Assembly (NCBI GenBank): GCA_963803435.1
Contig: CAWDML010000008.1
Coordinates: 718,833 to 782,832 of the forward strand
Direction: 5' to 3'
Length of the DNA: 64,000 nt
Origin: an uncultured delta proteobacterium
GTDB lineage: Bacteria > Myxococcota > Kuafuiibacteriia > Kuafuiibacteriales > Kuafuiibacteriaceae
The notes below the pieces were generated by a model. That model searched no databases. It was given only the letters and a program-made list of their open reading frames with translations, and was not told the DNA's origin. The translations under genes and the position numbers were made by a program. The number at the start of each line of letters is the position of its first letter. Within the stretch, counting starts at the first letter, position 1. Shown piece by piece: positions 43,101 through 51,795 of the stretch.

Positions 43101-44872
43101 GCGGTGACAGCCATCGATCGGAGCCCGAGCATCGCCGCGAAGTCCTGGTAGCGATCGAGCGCCTCCCTCGCCCGCTCCTCGAGATCGCGCAGCTTGTGGA
43201 TGCCCTTGAAGATGCCGGTGTCCACGACTGCGATCGACACGAAGATGACGCCCTTGAAGTGGCCGGGGAAGGTCCGCAGGAGCGTTACCAGCGTCTTCCG
43301 CCCGAGCGGGCTATACCCGCCCACGAACAGGATGGCGGTCGGCTCCGCCGGATCCGGCTCGCCCGGAGGCGCCTCGCCGAGCAGGTCCTGGTACTGGCCC
43401 TTCGCCCGCATCCCCACCTCGGGACCCGGGAACTCGACGTCGAGCAGATCGATCGCCCAGCCGACGAGCTGGTAGTGCCGTTGAACGAACATGCAGAGCG
43501 CGACCACGCCGAGTGTCGTGACCAGCGTGACCCAGCCTCCCTGAGACAGCTTCTCGTAGGTGGCGATGACCAGGATCGTCCCGGACAGCAGCGTCGCGAC
43601 GCCGTGGATCACCGTGTGCCGCTTCCATGCTCGGAACCGGTGACGGAACCAGTAGATCACCATCGAGACGTTGGAGAGGGTGAAGGTGATGAAGACGTTG
43701 ATCGCGTAGACGATCACCAGCTTCTCCACGCTCCCTCGCGTGTAGATGACCGCTGCTGCGGCGGCCAAAGCCATCAGAGTGACGCCGTTCCGCATGGTGA
43801 GGCGATCGGAGAGGGCGGCGAATCGATGCGGGAGCCAGGAATCGTTCGCCATGTTGGCCATGACGCGCGGACCGTCGACCAGGCCCGCCTGCGCCGCGAT
43901 GAAGAGGATCGCCGCCTCGCTGAGGAGTGCGATGATCAGGAAGGCGTTCCCGATCTCGAATCCGCCGATCCGCCATCCGTACGACACCCTCTCGATCAGG
44001 ACGGCGTTCATCGTCTTGCCCGCCTCCGGCCCGACGTTCAAGAGGAGATAGGCGACCACGATTCCGCTCGCCATGAACGCGAGCGAGGTCGCCATCAGGA
44101 ACATCGTTCGCTGCGCAGTCTCGACCTTCGGCTCGGCAAGCGTATGGACGCCGTTCGAGACCGCCTCGATCCCCGTGTAGGTGCCACCGCCGAGCGCGTA
44201 GGCCCGCGCGATCAGGTGGAGCGTCCCCGCCAGCCCGAGCGTTGCCGCGGTGCTCCGCACCTCCCCTCCCACCCGGGTGGCGAGCTCCGGGATCTCGAGG
44301 GCGTGGCCGCCGACCGCCAACGCGACCACCGCGACGTGCGTGACGAGAAAGGCGACGAAGATGGGCGTCACGAAGAGCACCCGCATTCCCCGCATGTTCG
44401 CCAGACTCAGGATCAAGATCCCGACCAGCGCCAAGAGCACCTTGCTCTGCTGCAGATCACCGGAGAGGAAGCTGAGCACAGCGTCGGTGCCGGCGGCGCT
44501 CGAGATCGCGATCGTGAGCACGTAGTCGACCAGGAGCGCGGCCCCGGAGATCACGCCGATACGGGGCCCAAGTATTTTGGAGGCGACGAGATAGCCCCCT
44601 CCGCCCCCGGGAAACTGTTCGATGATGCGCGAGTAACCGTACGAGATGACGAACACCGTCACTGCGATCGCGAGCGCGAGGAAGACAGCCAGGCCCTTGT
44701 GCGCTCCGAGCGCCCGAAAGGCCTCCGCCGGTCCGTACGCCGTCGACGAGAGACCGTCGGCACCGAGCCCGACCCATGCGAGCAGCGCGACCAGCGAGAC
44801 CCGCTGGAGGGCCTCGGGCTTCGTGAGGTCACGCGGTTTGCCGAAGAGGAATCGGCGCAGCCGCCCGAGCAT
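40187..44872 (-). CDS. KimA/YdaO-like APC transporter (~aa 1-670) in frame with a KdpD-like sensor lacking the phospho-His
   Basis: DGLSSTAYG, GGGGY, DYVLTIAIS and TGIEAVSNG, then GAAPGVGKTYAML, DELAHTN, Usp, TM, GAF, ALSADLRTPL and intact N/G1/F/G2 boxes. May be two genes (alternative GTG at 42829). Confidence 0.85.
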   Translation of the reverse strand: MLGRLRRFLFGKPRDLTKPEALQRVSLVALLAWVGLGADGLSSTAYGPAEAFRALGAHKGLAVFLALAIAVTVFVISYGYSRIIEQFPGGGGGYLVASKILGPRIGVISGAALLVDYVLTIAISSAAGTDAVLSFLSGDLQQSKVLLALVGILILSLANMRGMRVLFVTPIFVAFLVTHVAVVALAVGGHALEIPELATRVGGEVRSTAATLGLAGTLHLIARAYALGGGTYTGIEAVSNGVHTLAEPKVETAQRTMFLMATSLAFMASGIVVAYLLLNVGPEAGKTMNAVLIERVSYGWRIGGFEIGNAFLIIALLSEAAILFIAAQAGLVDGPRVMANMANDSWLPHRFAALSDRLTMRNGVTLMALAAAAAVIYTRGSVEKLVIVYAINVFITFTLSNVSMVIYWFRHRFRAWKRHTVIHGVATLLSGTILVIATYEKLSQGGWVTLVTTLGVVALCMFVQRHYQLVGWAIDLLDVEFPGPEVGMRAKGQYQDLLGEAPPGEPDPAEPTAILFVGGYSPLGRKTLVTLLRTFPGHFKGVIFVSIAVVDTGIFKGIHKLRDLEERAREALDRYQDFAAMLGLRSMAVTATGAEVPAEAEKVIRALVERYPKATVVGGQLNFEDDTLWHRLLHNETAFLIQRRLQYLGIPMVVLPTQLESLVGRSVALESGSSAGAREVTVEERRPTPEEMLARAAAESAPTRGRFKIFFGAAPGVGKTYAMLEAARARKREGIDVVIGWVETHGRKETEALIAGLEHVPAQEVLYRGISLKELDLDAALARRPQLLLVDELAHTNAPGVRHAKRWQDVEDLLDAGIDVYSTLNVQHMESVNDVVAEITGVVVKETVPDSIVERADEIELVDLSPEDLQERLRQGKVYLPGQAARAVQSFFQKGNLIALRELALRRTAEHVDADAAEWKRAHGVREVWATRERILVAIGPGAQSANLIRTAFRMATTARAPWLAMSVETPALEVLPAEERNMVAQHLELAERLGAETLVVHGERIIDEILAVARERNVTRIVVGKPTEERWWDRLRRSIVRDLVRKSGPIDVVITTGEDSPEIPEPRRPERPHARLRHYLVAMSLVLASSAIGFALRSRLDFSDELMIHLFGVLLAASRLARAPSLVAALAAAAMLALVFVPATERFSLMEVRYNLAFALLAFAALFVSSRTQRIREQAEIGRQRERRTAALYAMSKDLLMQTEVEEIARTALHHAQDSLQTEAALLLPDPGGELVSRGGDRSRLMSSDREVAVARWVFEHGRAAGRGTTTLPACEGLYLPMIGTRMLGVFGIALARRGAPLTPLQSQLLETLVAQTALALERALLSEQATGARVSEEAGRLRSALIGALSADLRTPLAAIRRSASEVLEREDLGAPERAAAESIRRDADRLTELVADLFELGSIESGMRVLEKRRAPLEAIVEAALLAEETALSGHEVALDLPAGLEVEVDAALFEEALAQILDNAAKYSPPKTPIQITAQIKRTEVEIEIGDRGPGLPIGEEEKAFERFYRGGAQPAVRGSGLGLTIVRAIVTAHGGIVRAANRPDGGAAFTVRIPRG

Positions 44873-44901
44873 GATCGTGGCTCTCGCACTCCAGGGGATG
44901 A

Positions 44902-44968
44902 ATCAAGCGCGGTCGCTCCTCTTGATGGTTTCTTGATACCAGCAGCGCCGACTTGATGCTGCGCTGAT
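44902..44968. promoter_or_regulatory. Phased CTTGAT boxes, putative KdpE sites
   Basis: ATCAAG 44902; CTTGAT 44921, 44932, 44952; GCTGAT 44963. Confidence 0.65.
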
Positions 44969-45030
44969 GTGTCCGGGACGAGGATGAGGGCCGAGCTGCG
45001 GCGACACCCACCGCGTGCTCGGCATCCGTC

Positions 45031-45385
45031 ATGCTTCTTCCACACGCATCTCTGTTCGTTCTCGGCCTCGCGCTTCCGGCCCAGGAGAGCAACACCTCCA
45101 GCGCAGCGCCTTCTTTCTGGGACGGCCTGGGCGGACGCGCCTTCGTCGACGGCTACTATATGAAGGACTGGCTTTTCCCGTCGGACGGCCAGGACGTCGA
45201 GGCATCGGTACCGCACCGCGCGTTCGCCCATGCCAACGGATTCGCGCTCTCCTTCGTTGGAGTCGACGTCGACTATCAGGGCGAGTCGTTCGGCGCGACG
45301 CTGAACCTTCGCTTCGGCCCGTCGACACCGCGCCTCTTGATCGGATCACCACCCGCGCGCAACCTCGCGCTCGAGAACCTGAAGC
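45031..45385 (+). pseudogene. Outer-membrane beta-barrel/porin gene, 3'-truncated
   Basis: Signal peptide, FVDGYY, NGFALSFVGVDVDY, GATLNLRFG, ENLK, then abrupt loss of coding character. Confidence 0.65.
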
Positions 45386-46533
45386 CACCTCGTCGATCTG
45401 ATCATCGCCGTCGTCGTCAGGAACAGGACGGGTGCGCTCGACCAGTCACCGATGTTGCTGGTCTGCCAGCCGGTCGTGCTGATCGCACTGATGAACTGGA
45501 AGAGGCCCACACGGACCGGATCGGGCACGATCCGCTCGTTGGCGAGGAGGAGCGAGAGCACGGGAACACCGGCGCATGTGAGGATGAGCAGAGTCCGGAC
45601 CTGAGCGTCCGCCCACAAGACTCGCAGGCTCCGCTTCTGCACGACCCGGTAATAGAGCGGGATGGAGACGGTCCCGAGCAGCATCGGCGGGATGTGGAGG
45701 AGCTCCATGCCGTACGAGTGGTAGCCGGCGATGCTGTCGTCGAGCGTGCTGAAGCCCCCGGTTGAGAGTCCCGCCATCGCATGGTTGATGGCGTCGAAGA
45801 TGGTGGGCTCCCAACCGTAGTCGGGGAGGATCAGATACGTACCGATCACGAGGTACAGGAACGTCATCAACGTGAGTGCGATGTAGACCCGCCAGATCGC
45901 GCGCGCGGTGCCGACGATGGTCGGGCGCAGCTTCACGCCGGTCGACTCCGATCCATAGAGCACGAGACGGCTGACCCCGCCCGGTCTCCGCAGCACCGCG
46001 AGCGAGAGCACCACCACGCCGACGCCACCGATGAACTGGGCGAAGTGCCGATAGAAAAGGAGGCCCTTGCCGATGCTCGGCTCGTGGACCGACATGGTGA
46101 GACCGGTCGTGGTGTAGGCGCTCATGCTCTCGAACCAGGCGTGGAGCGGGCGCGCCAGGTACATCAGGCTGGAGGCGTAACGCTCGCCGGGCGGGACGTA
46201 GCCGGCGGCGATCCGCGCGGGCGTCAGGTGGGCGGTGAGGAGGAAGGGAAGGGCGCCGATGATCGTCACCGTCATCCAGCCGGCGCTCGCGATGATCAGG
46301 GCGTGCTGCTCCTTCAGCTCGCCGGCGTCGCGGAACCACCGATAGAGGCCCCCGCCGAGAAGGCAGGCGAAGAGCGCGGTGATCAGGAAGGCGACCGCCG
46401 TGAAAATCTCGCCGTAGAGCAGCGAGATCAGCAGCGGCACCACCATCGACGTCCCGATGATGACGACGAGCGCTCCGATGTCGCGGATGACCGAGCGGAG
46501 GCCCGCGGGTCCGAGCATGATGAGCGATCGCAC
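45346..46533 (-). pseudogene. trkH: TrkH family K+ uptake protein, C-terminally truncated
   Basis: FESMSAYTTTGLT, QFIGGVGVVV, AGLSTGGFS and SAISTTGWQ; breaks at TAMI before the expected GGxxGST. Confidence 0.88.
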
Positions 46534-46563
46534 CGCCCGGCCTCGATCTGTACCGGGCCTCGG

Positions 46564-46612
46564 ATCAGGGACGTATCAGGAGTCGCGGTGGTGGTATCAA
46601 GAAGCCATCAAG
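46564..46612 (-). promoter_or_regulatory. Phased ATCA(A/G)G boxes upstream of trkH, putative KdpE sites
   Basis: ATCAGG 46564 and 46575; ATCAAG 46596 and 46607; GGTATCAAGAAGCCATCAAGAG is nearly the reverse complement of 44920-44940. Confidence 0.65.
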
Positions 46613-47303
46613 AGCTGAGCCGATAGCCGACGCCGAGCTCGGTGAGCAGCAGCTCCGGCTGCGCCGGATCCTTCTCGATCTTCTTCCGCAGCTCCGCCAC
46701 GTGGACGCGGACGTGGTGGTTCTGTCCGGTGTGCTGCGGGCCCCAGACCTCCTTGAGGATCTGACGATGGGTGAGCACCCGCCCGGCGTTTTCGCCGAAG
46801 AGGACCAGCAACTTGTACTCGATCGGGGTCAGGTGCACCGATTGTCCGTGGACCGTGACCTCTCGGCGTGAGCGATCGATCATCAGCGGGCCGGCCTCGA
46901 TCACCGGGCTCTCGGCGGCCGACCCGCCCTCGCGCGCATGACGCAGCGCCACACGGATCCGCGCCAGCAGCTCCTTCACGCCGAACGGCTTGGTGAGGTA
47001 GTCGTCCGCGCCGGCGTCCAGCGCTTCGACCTTGTCCTCCTCCCGCCCGCGCGCCGAGAGCACGATGATCGGCACGCGCGAGAAGCCGCGGAGCTCGCCG
47101 ACCACCTCGAGGCCGTCGCGATCCGGGAGGCCGAGATCGAGCACGATCAGATCCGGGTTGTGGCTGGTGGCGAGCTGCATGGCCTGCTCGGCGGTCTCCG
47201 CCTCCAGCAGCTTGTAGCCGTGCGAGCCGAGCGACGCGCGGAGGAAGCGGCGCATCTGAAGCTCGTCGTCGACGATCAGGATGAGGAACGGGGGGTCGTT
47301 CAC
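46608..47303 (-). CDS. kdpE: Response regulator KdpE (OmpR family)
   Basis: LIVDDE, LDLGLPD, GADDYLTKPF, VLTHRQIL and TELGVGYRL motifs; coupled to kdpD. Confidence 0.95.
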   Translation of the reverse strand: MNDPPFLILIVDDELQMRRFLRASLGSHGYKLLEAETAEQAMQLATSHNPDLIVLDLGLPDRDGLEVVGELRGFSRVPIIVLSARGREEDKVEALDAGADDYLTKPFGVKELLARIRVALRHAREGGSAAESPVIEAGPLMIDRSRREVTVHGQSVHLTPIEYKLLVLFGENAGRVLTHRQILKEVWGPQHTGQNHHVRVHVAELRKKIEKDPAQPELLLTELGVGYRLSS

Positions 47304-49993
47304 GATCCCTCCAGCTCGATCGAAGGTTGCTCGCTGGGGACGGGGAGGCGAAGCTGGAGCATCGCCCCTCCGCCGTCGCGATTGGCGGCTGTGAGCGTGC
47401 CGCCGTGGGCGTCTGCGATCGCGCGACAGATGGAGAGGCCGAGGCCGACGCCGTGAGGGCCGGCGCGGGGGCCGCGCTGGAAGCGCTCGAAGGCTCGCTC
47501 CTCGTAGCCTGGCGGGAAGCCGGGGCCTCGGTCCCGCACCTCGAGCACGACCTGCTCGCCTTCGCGAACGCCGACGATCTCGATGGGCGTGCCGCGCGGG
47601 GTGTGCTTTTCGGCGTTCTCGAGCAGGTTCACGAGAAGCTGCTCCATGAGGATCGGATCCACGAGCAGCAGCGGCAGATCCTCCGACAGCGTGGTGGTGA
47701 CGGTCCGGCCGGCCAGCGCGCTCCGCAGGCGCGTGAGGGCGCCGCCGACCAGCTCGATCGGGGGCACCCACTCGCGCTTGAGCGCGATCGCGCCGGACGC
47801 GAGCCTGGTCATGTCGAGCAGGTTCGAGACGATGTGCGCCAGGCGATCGGCGGCGTCACAGATGGTCTCGACCATCTCCGACTTCAGCGCAGGCTCGAGC
47901 TCCGGCTCGTCGCGCAGGGTGGTGGCGGCGCCGGTGATCGACGCGATCGGTGTCCGGAGATCGTGGGAGACGGACGAGAGCAGCGTGCTCCTCAGCTCCT
48001 CCGTCTTCGCCCGCAACGCCGAATAACGGGCCTTCTCCACCAGCTCGGCGCGCTCTATCGCGAAGGCTGCCTGCCGGCAGATCGCCTCCAGGAAGCTGCG
48101 CTGATCCGCGGTCAGGGGCTCGTGCTTCGCGGGGAGGAGCGCGAGCACGCCGATGGGCGCGGAGGCGGTCGAGATGGGCGTGCAAAGCGCTCGGGAGCCG
48201 GACAGGGTGTCGGTGCTGAAGCCTGCCGGGCGACCGTGCTCGACGACCCACCTCGCGACGGCGTGGTCGGGCGTGGCGAGGTCGGTCCCTGGGGGGAAGC
48301 CGGCGATCTCGACGATCTCGTTCATCGTGCCGACCTCAAACACGACCACGGCGGCCGAGAACGCTTCCGCTGCGTACTTCGCGGTGATCTGGGCGGCCTC
48401 GCCCAGGTTGACGGCCGATCCGAGCGCGCGGCTGAGCGAATAGAGGGCAGCGGTTCGCTCCTCGCGGCCCACCGCGTCCCGCTGCTGCCGGCGGATCCGG
48501 AGCGCCAGCGTGCTGATCAGGATTCCGACGGCGAACATCATCGCGAACGAGAGGAAGTATCTTCCGTCGGCGACCGTGAATGTATAGCGCGGCGCAACGA
48601 AAAAGACGTCGTACGCCGCCACCGAGAGCGCGGCCGCCATGATCGAGGGCCCGCGGCCGAACCAGATCGCCGTGACCATGATCTCGAGCAGGTAGAGCAT
48701 CTCGATGTCGGGGATCTGGAGAAAGGTCTCTGCGGCGGCGGCCAGCCCGGTCGTGAGCAGGACCAGGGCGGCGGCCCATCCGTACGCGGGCCCCCGTTCG
48801 GGCTCCGCTGCGCGCCGCGGGCGCTCATTCGCCTCCTCATCCTCGACGTCGCCCGAGATGACCAGTACGTCGATGTCTCCGCTCTTCTGCACCAGGCCCT
48901 CGACCAGGGATCCCCGGAGCCGATCGAAGAGGCGGAAACGGGTCGGTTTGCCGGCGATGATTCGCGCGACGTTGTTCCTGCGGGCGTAGTCGAGGACGGC
49001 ATCGCTCACGCGGACCCCCGAGAGGCGCACCACGGACGCGCCGAGGGACTCGGCGAGCCGAAGGTGCTCCTCGAGCCGCGCTCGATCGCCCTCACTGAAC
49101 GCGCGCACGCCTGATGTCTCGACGTAGGCGGCGATCCACTCAGTCCGTAGGCCTGCAGCCATCCTCCGGGTGGCGCGCACCAGCCGGGCCGAGGAAGGCG
49201 ACGGGCCGACGCAGACCAGTAGCCGATCCGCCGTCGGCCACATCGACTGCACGCCGTGCTCTTCGCGGTAGGCCTGCACGTCGACGTTGATCCGCTCGGC
49301 GGTTCGTCGCAGCGCCAGCTCCCGGAGCGCGAGCAGGTTGCCGCGCTGGAAGAAGTGCTGGAGCGCGCGCTCGGCCTGCTCACCGAGGTAGACCTTCCCT
49401 TCGCGCAGGCGGATGAGGAGATCCTCGACCGAGATGTCGACCAGCTCGAGCTCGTCCGCACGATCGAGGATCGAGTCTGGGACGGTCTCTCGCACGTGAA
49501 TCTTCGTGATCTGCGCGATCACGTCGTTCAGGCTCTCGAGGTGCTGAACATTCAGCGTCGTGTAGATCGAGATGCCGGCGTCGAGCAGCTCGAGCGCGTC
49601 CTGCCAGCGCTTCTTGTGCCGGGAGCCGGGCGCGTTGGTGTGGGCGAGCTCATCGAGGATCAATACCGCCGGCTTGCGCGCGAGCGCGGCGTCGAGGTCG
49701 AGCTCCTCGAGGGTCTGGCCACGGTAGCTCAGGCGTCGCGGCGGGAGGATCTCGAGGCCCTCGAGGAGCGCCTCGGTGTCCTGCCGACCGTGCGTGTAGG
49801 CCGCCCCCACCACGAGGCCGATGCCCTGGTCGACCAGACGCCGCGCCGTCTCGAGCATCGCGTACGTCTTCCCGACGCCGGGCGCGAAGCCGAAGAAGAT
49901 CTTGAGATGCGCGCGCGCCTCGCGATCGGCCTCCGCCTGCACCCTCCTGAGGAGCGCATCCGGATCGGGGCGCATGTCGTCGTCGTCGGTCAT
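47300..49993 (-). CDS. kdpD: Sensor histidine kinase KdpD (canonical)
   Basis: GFAPGVGKTYAML, DELAHTN, Usp, 4 TM, GAF, SSVSHDLRTP and N/G boxes. Confidence 0.96.
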   Translation of the reverse strand: MTDDDDMRPDPDALLRRVQAEADREARAHLKIFFGFAPGVGKTYAMLETARRLVDQGIGLVVGAAYTHGRQDTEALLEGLEILPPRRLSYRGQTLEELDLDAALARKPAVLILDELAHTNAPGSRHKKRWQDALELLDAGISIYTTLNVQHLESLNDVIAQITKIHVRETVPDSILDRADELELVDISVEDLLIRLREGKVYLGEQAERALQHFFQRGNLLALRELALRRTAERINVDVQAYREEHGVQSMWPTADRLLVCVGPSPSSARLVRATRRMAAGLRTEWIAAYVETSGVRAFSEGDRARLEEHLRLAESLGASVVRLSGVRVSDAVLDYARRNNVARIIAGKPTRFRLFDRLRGSLVEGLVQKSGDIDVLVISGDVEDEEANERPRRAAEPERGPAYGWAAALVLLTTGLAAAAETFLQIPDIEMLYLLEIMVTAIWFGRGPSIMAAALSVAAYDVFFVAPRYTFTVADGRYFLSFAMMFAVGILISTLALRIRRQQRDAVGREERTAALYSLSRALGSAVNLGEAAQITAKYAAEAFSAAVVVFEVGTMNEIVEIAGFPPGTDLATPDHAVARWVVEHGRPAGFSTDTLSGSRALCTPISTASAPIGVLALLPAKHEPLTADQRSFLEAICRQAAFAIERAELVEKARYSALRAKTEELRSTLLSSVSHDLRTPIASITGAATTLRDEPELEPALKSEMVETICDAADRLAHIVSNLLDMTRLASGAIALKREWVPPIELVGGALTRLRSALAGRTVTTTLSEDLPLLLVDPILMEQLLVNLLENAEKHTPRGTPIEIVGVREGEQVVLEVRDRGPGFPPGYEERAFERFQRGPRAGPHGVGLGLSICRAIADAHGGTLTAANRDGGGAMLQLRLPVPSEQPSIELEGS

Positions 49994-50199
49994 GGCGGAG
50001 CGGAGCTGCCAGGTGGATGGCTTCGATGGGAGGAAAATGGCAAGGAGTCTGTTCGGTACGGCTCAGCGGCTGTTCGTAGGATCGACTCGCGAGCGCGCGT
50101 CCACCACCCGCGGCGGAGGCGGCGTGGAGCGTGCGGATCGAGGGATTCAACTGGCCGCGAGCCGGGGACCCTGCGTCACGTCGGCGCCGCGCACCAGGC

Positions 50200-50452
50200 T
50201 GGTGGCGCGAGGAGTCCCAACGCGCCCGCATCCACGAAGCGCCAGGTGTCGACGATCCCGGCGCGCGCGACGATCTCCGGCGCGCACCGGCCGCGTCACC
50301 AGCGTGGCGAGCACGGCGATCAGCCGAGGCCGCTCGACCGCGGGCAGCGCGTCGAGCCCACGGAGGACCTCGGTCGGGATGACGCTCGAGGGATCCGGAA
50401 GCGCGAGGACTAGGCCGGGGGCGCTCTCGGTGACGTCGCGGGCGTAGATCTG
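50200..50452 (-). pseudogene. Unidentified gene fragment truncated by the IS
   Basis: Coding-like frame QIYARDVTESAPGLVLALPD... begins right at the IS end. Confidence 0.3.
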
Positions 50453-50571
50453 TAAGAGCCGGTCCGAAAACCTCCGGACCGTTCCGCGTTTCCTGTTTCG
50501 CTCGTTCTGCTCATTCGCTATTCAAAGCGGCCGTTGTTGCATCGTGCTCGATCGAGTGTTCTGCAGAGTCG

Positions 50572-51367
50572 ATACAGGCAAGATTCGCAAGTCTTCCGGA
50601 CGCCCTGTGGAAACGCATTGAGCCGTGACTCCCGAAGCGAGGTCCAAGGCCGCGGGGAGGGAGGTCGCCCGCGGGTTGCGGATCGCGTCGTGATGGCAGG
50701 TATCGTCTATCGCCTTCGGACAGGGTGCCAGTGGAAGGCCCTGCCGCGCGAGTTCAGCTCCGGTTCGACGTGCCACAGTCGATTCGCGGCATGGTGCGCA
50801 GCAGGGATCTTCACCGCGATCTTCGCTGAGCTGCTGCGGTACTATGACAGGAGGCGCGGCATTCAGTGGAAGTGGACTTCACTCGACAGCGCGATCGTCA
50901 AGGCTCCAAAAGGGGACCTGACCGGTCCGAACCCGACGGATCGAGCCAAGCGAGGCGTGAAGCGTCACGTGCTCACGGATGGTCGTGGTGTTCCGTTGGC
51001 GGTCGAGATCTCAGGCGCGAACGTGCACGACAAGTGGCGGGTGGAGCAGACGCTCGACGGCGTCGTCCTACGGGGCTCCCGCGGTCCACGACGGCCGGAG
51101 CACCTCTGCCTGGATAAAGGCTACGACTACGCGGATGTCGAGGCCGCCATTCGAGCGCGCCGGATCAAACCGCCTATCCGCCGCCGCGGCGAGCCTGCAC
51201 TCGCTGGCTGTGTCCGCGGTAGGCCGCGGCGCTGGGTTGTCGAGCGCACGAACGCTTGGCACAACCAGTTCCGCGCATGACTCGTGCGGTGGGAACGAAC
51301 GGGATCGCGGTATCTCGGGCTGGTTCATCTTGCGTGCGCGATCATCGCGTTCCAGCAGGCTCGATGA
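50572..51367 (+). pseudogene. IS5-family transposase, inactivated
   Basis: GRPR, YRLRTGCQWKALP, SLDSAIVKA, GVKRHVLTDGRG, DKGYD and RWVVERT; start ATG changed to ATA, two TGA stops, frameshifts. Confidence 0.9.
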
Positions 51368-51720
51368 CTTCCCTGATCGAGCCTTCGCCGTCTTGATGGA
51401 GCTCGTCAGAATCGCAGAGAGTTCGTTGGCCTCTCGGATCAGCGAAGCGATCTCCGCTCCCGCATCAGCTCCGGATCGGCAAGACGCAACCAGTACAGCG
51501 ACTCGCGGATCTCCTTGCGAGCGACCGCCATCTTGTGGATGAAGTCGGCAAGGCTCTCGCCGCCACGCGCTTCCTCGCAATTCGCACCACCTCCGGATGA
51601 ACACCGGATCAGCTGTCGGACAACGTGCTTACCGGCAAAGTCGTTTGGGAACTCGCGGCAAAGCCGAAGTACACGCTTCGCAAACTTGAGCAGTCGTTCT
51701 GCGATGTCATCGCCCTTCAT
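51360..51720 (-). CDS. Four-helix-bundle protein (23S rRNA IVP-like), frameshift near 51460
   Basis: MKGDDIAERLLKFAKRV...ESLADFIHKMAVARKEIRESLYWLRL / EANELSAILTSSIKTAK; 3' end uncertain. Confidence 0.88.
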
Positions 51721-51795
51721 CGCCGGATCGAACAGCGAATGACAGAACGACGAAACAGCAAACTGCGAACGGAACGGTTTCTGGACCGGCTCTAA

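Larger units (their letters stand above)
50456..51792 (+). mobile_element. IS5-family element (IS1031-like ends), 1337 bp, with four-helix-bundle passenger gene
   Basis: TIRs GAGCCGGTCCGAAAACC / GAGCCGGTCCAGAAACC; TAA on both flanks; DDE transposase inside. Confidence 0.92.

Noticed and set aside
44873-45030. c-di-AMP (ydaO) riboswitch upstream of the KimA-like gene
   Set aside because: No recognisable consensus; the region is explained by CTTGAT boxes and a divergent gene start.
40259-50413. Long plus-strand ORFs (40259-42235, 42389-44956, 47327-49114, 49256-50413)
   Set aside because: Antisense to the kdpD-type genes and without motifs.
50620-51285. TGA recoding (Sec/Trp) in the transposase
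   Set aside because: Stops fall at expected Leu positions, TGA is the normal stop for most genes here, and the gene has other lesions.
51360-51720. Diversity-generating retroelement, suggested by the Avd-like fold
   Set aside because: No reverse transcriptase and no template/variable repeat pair seen in the window.
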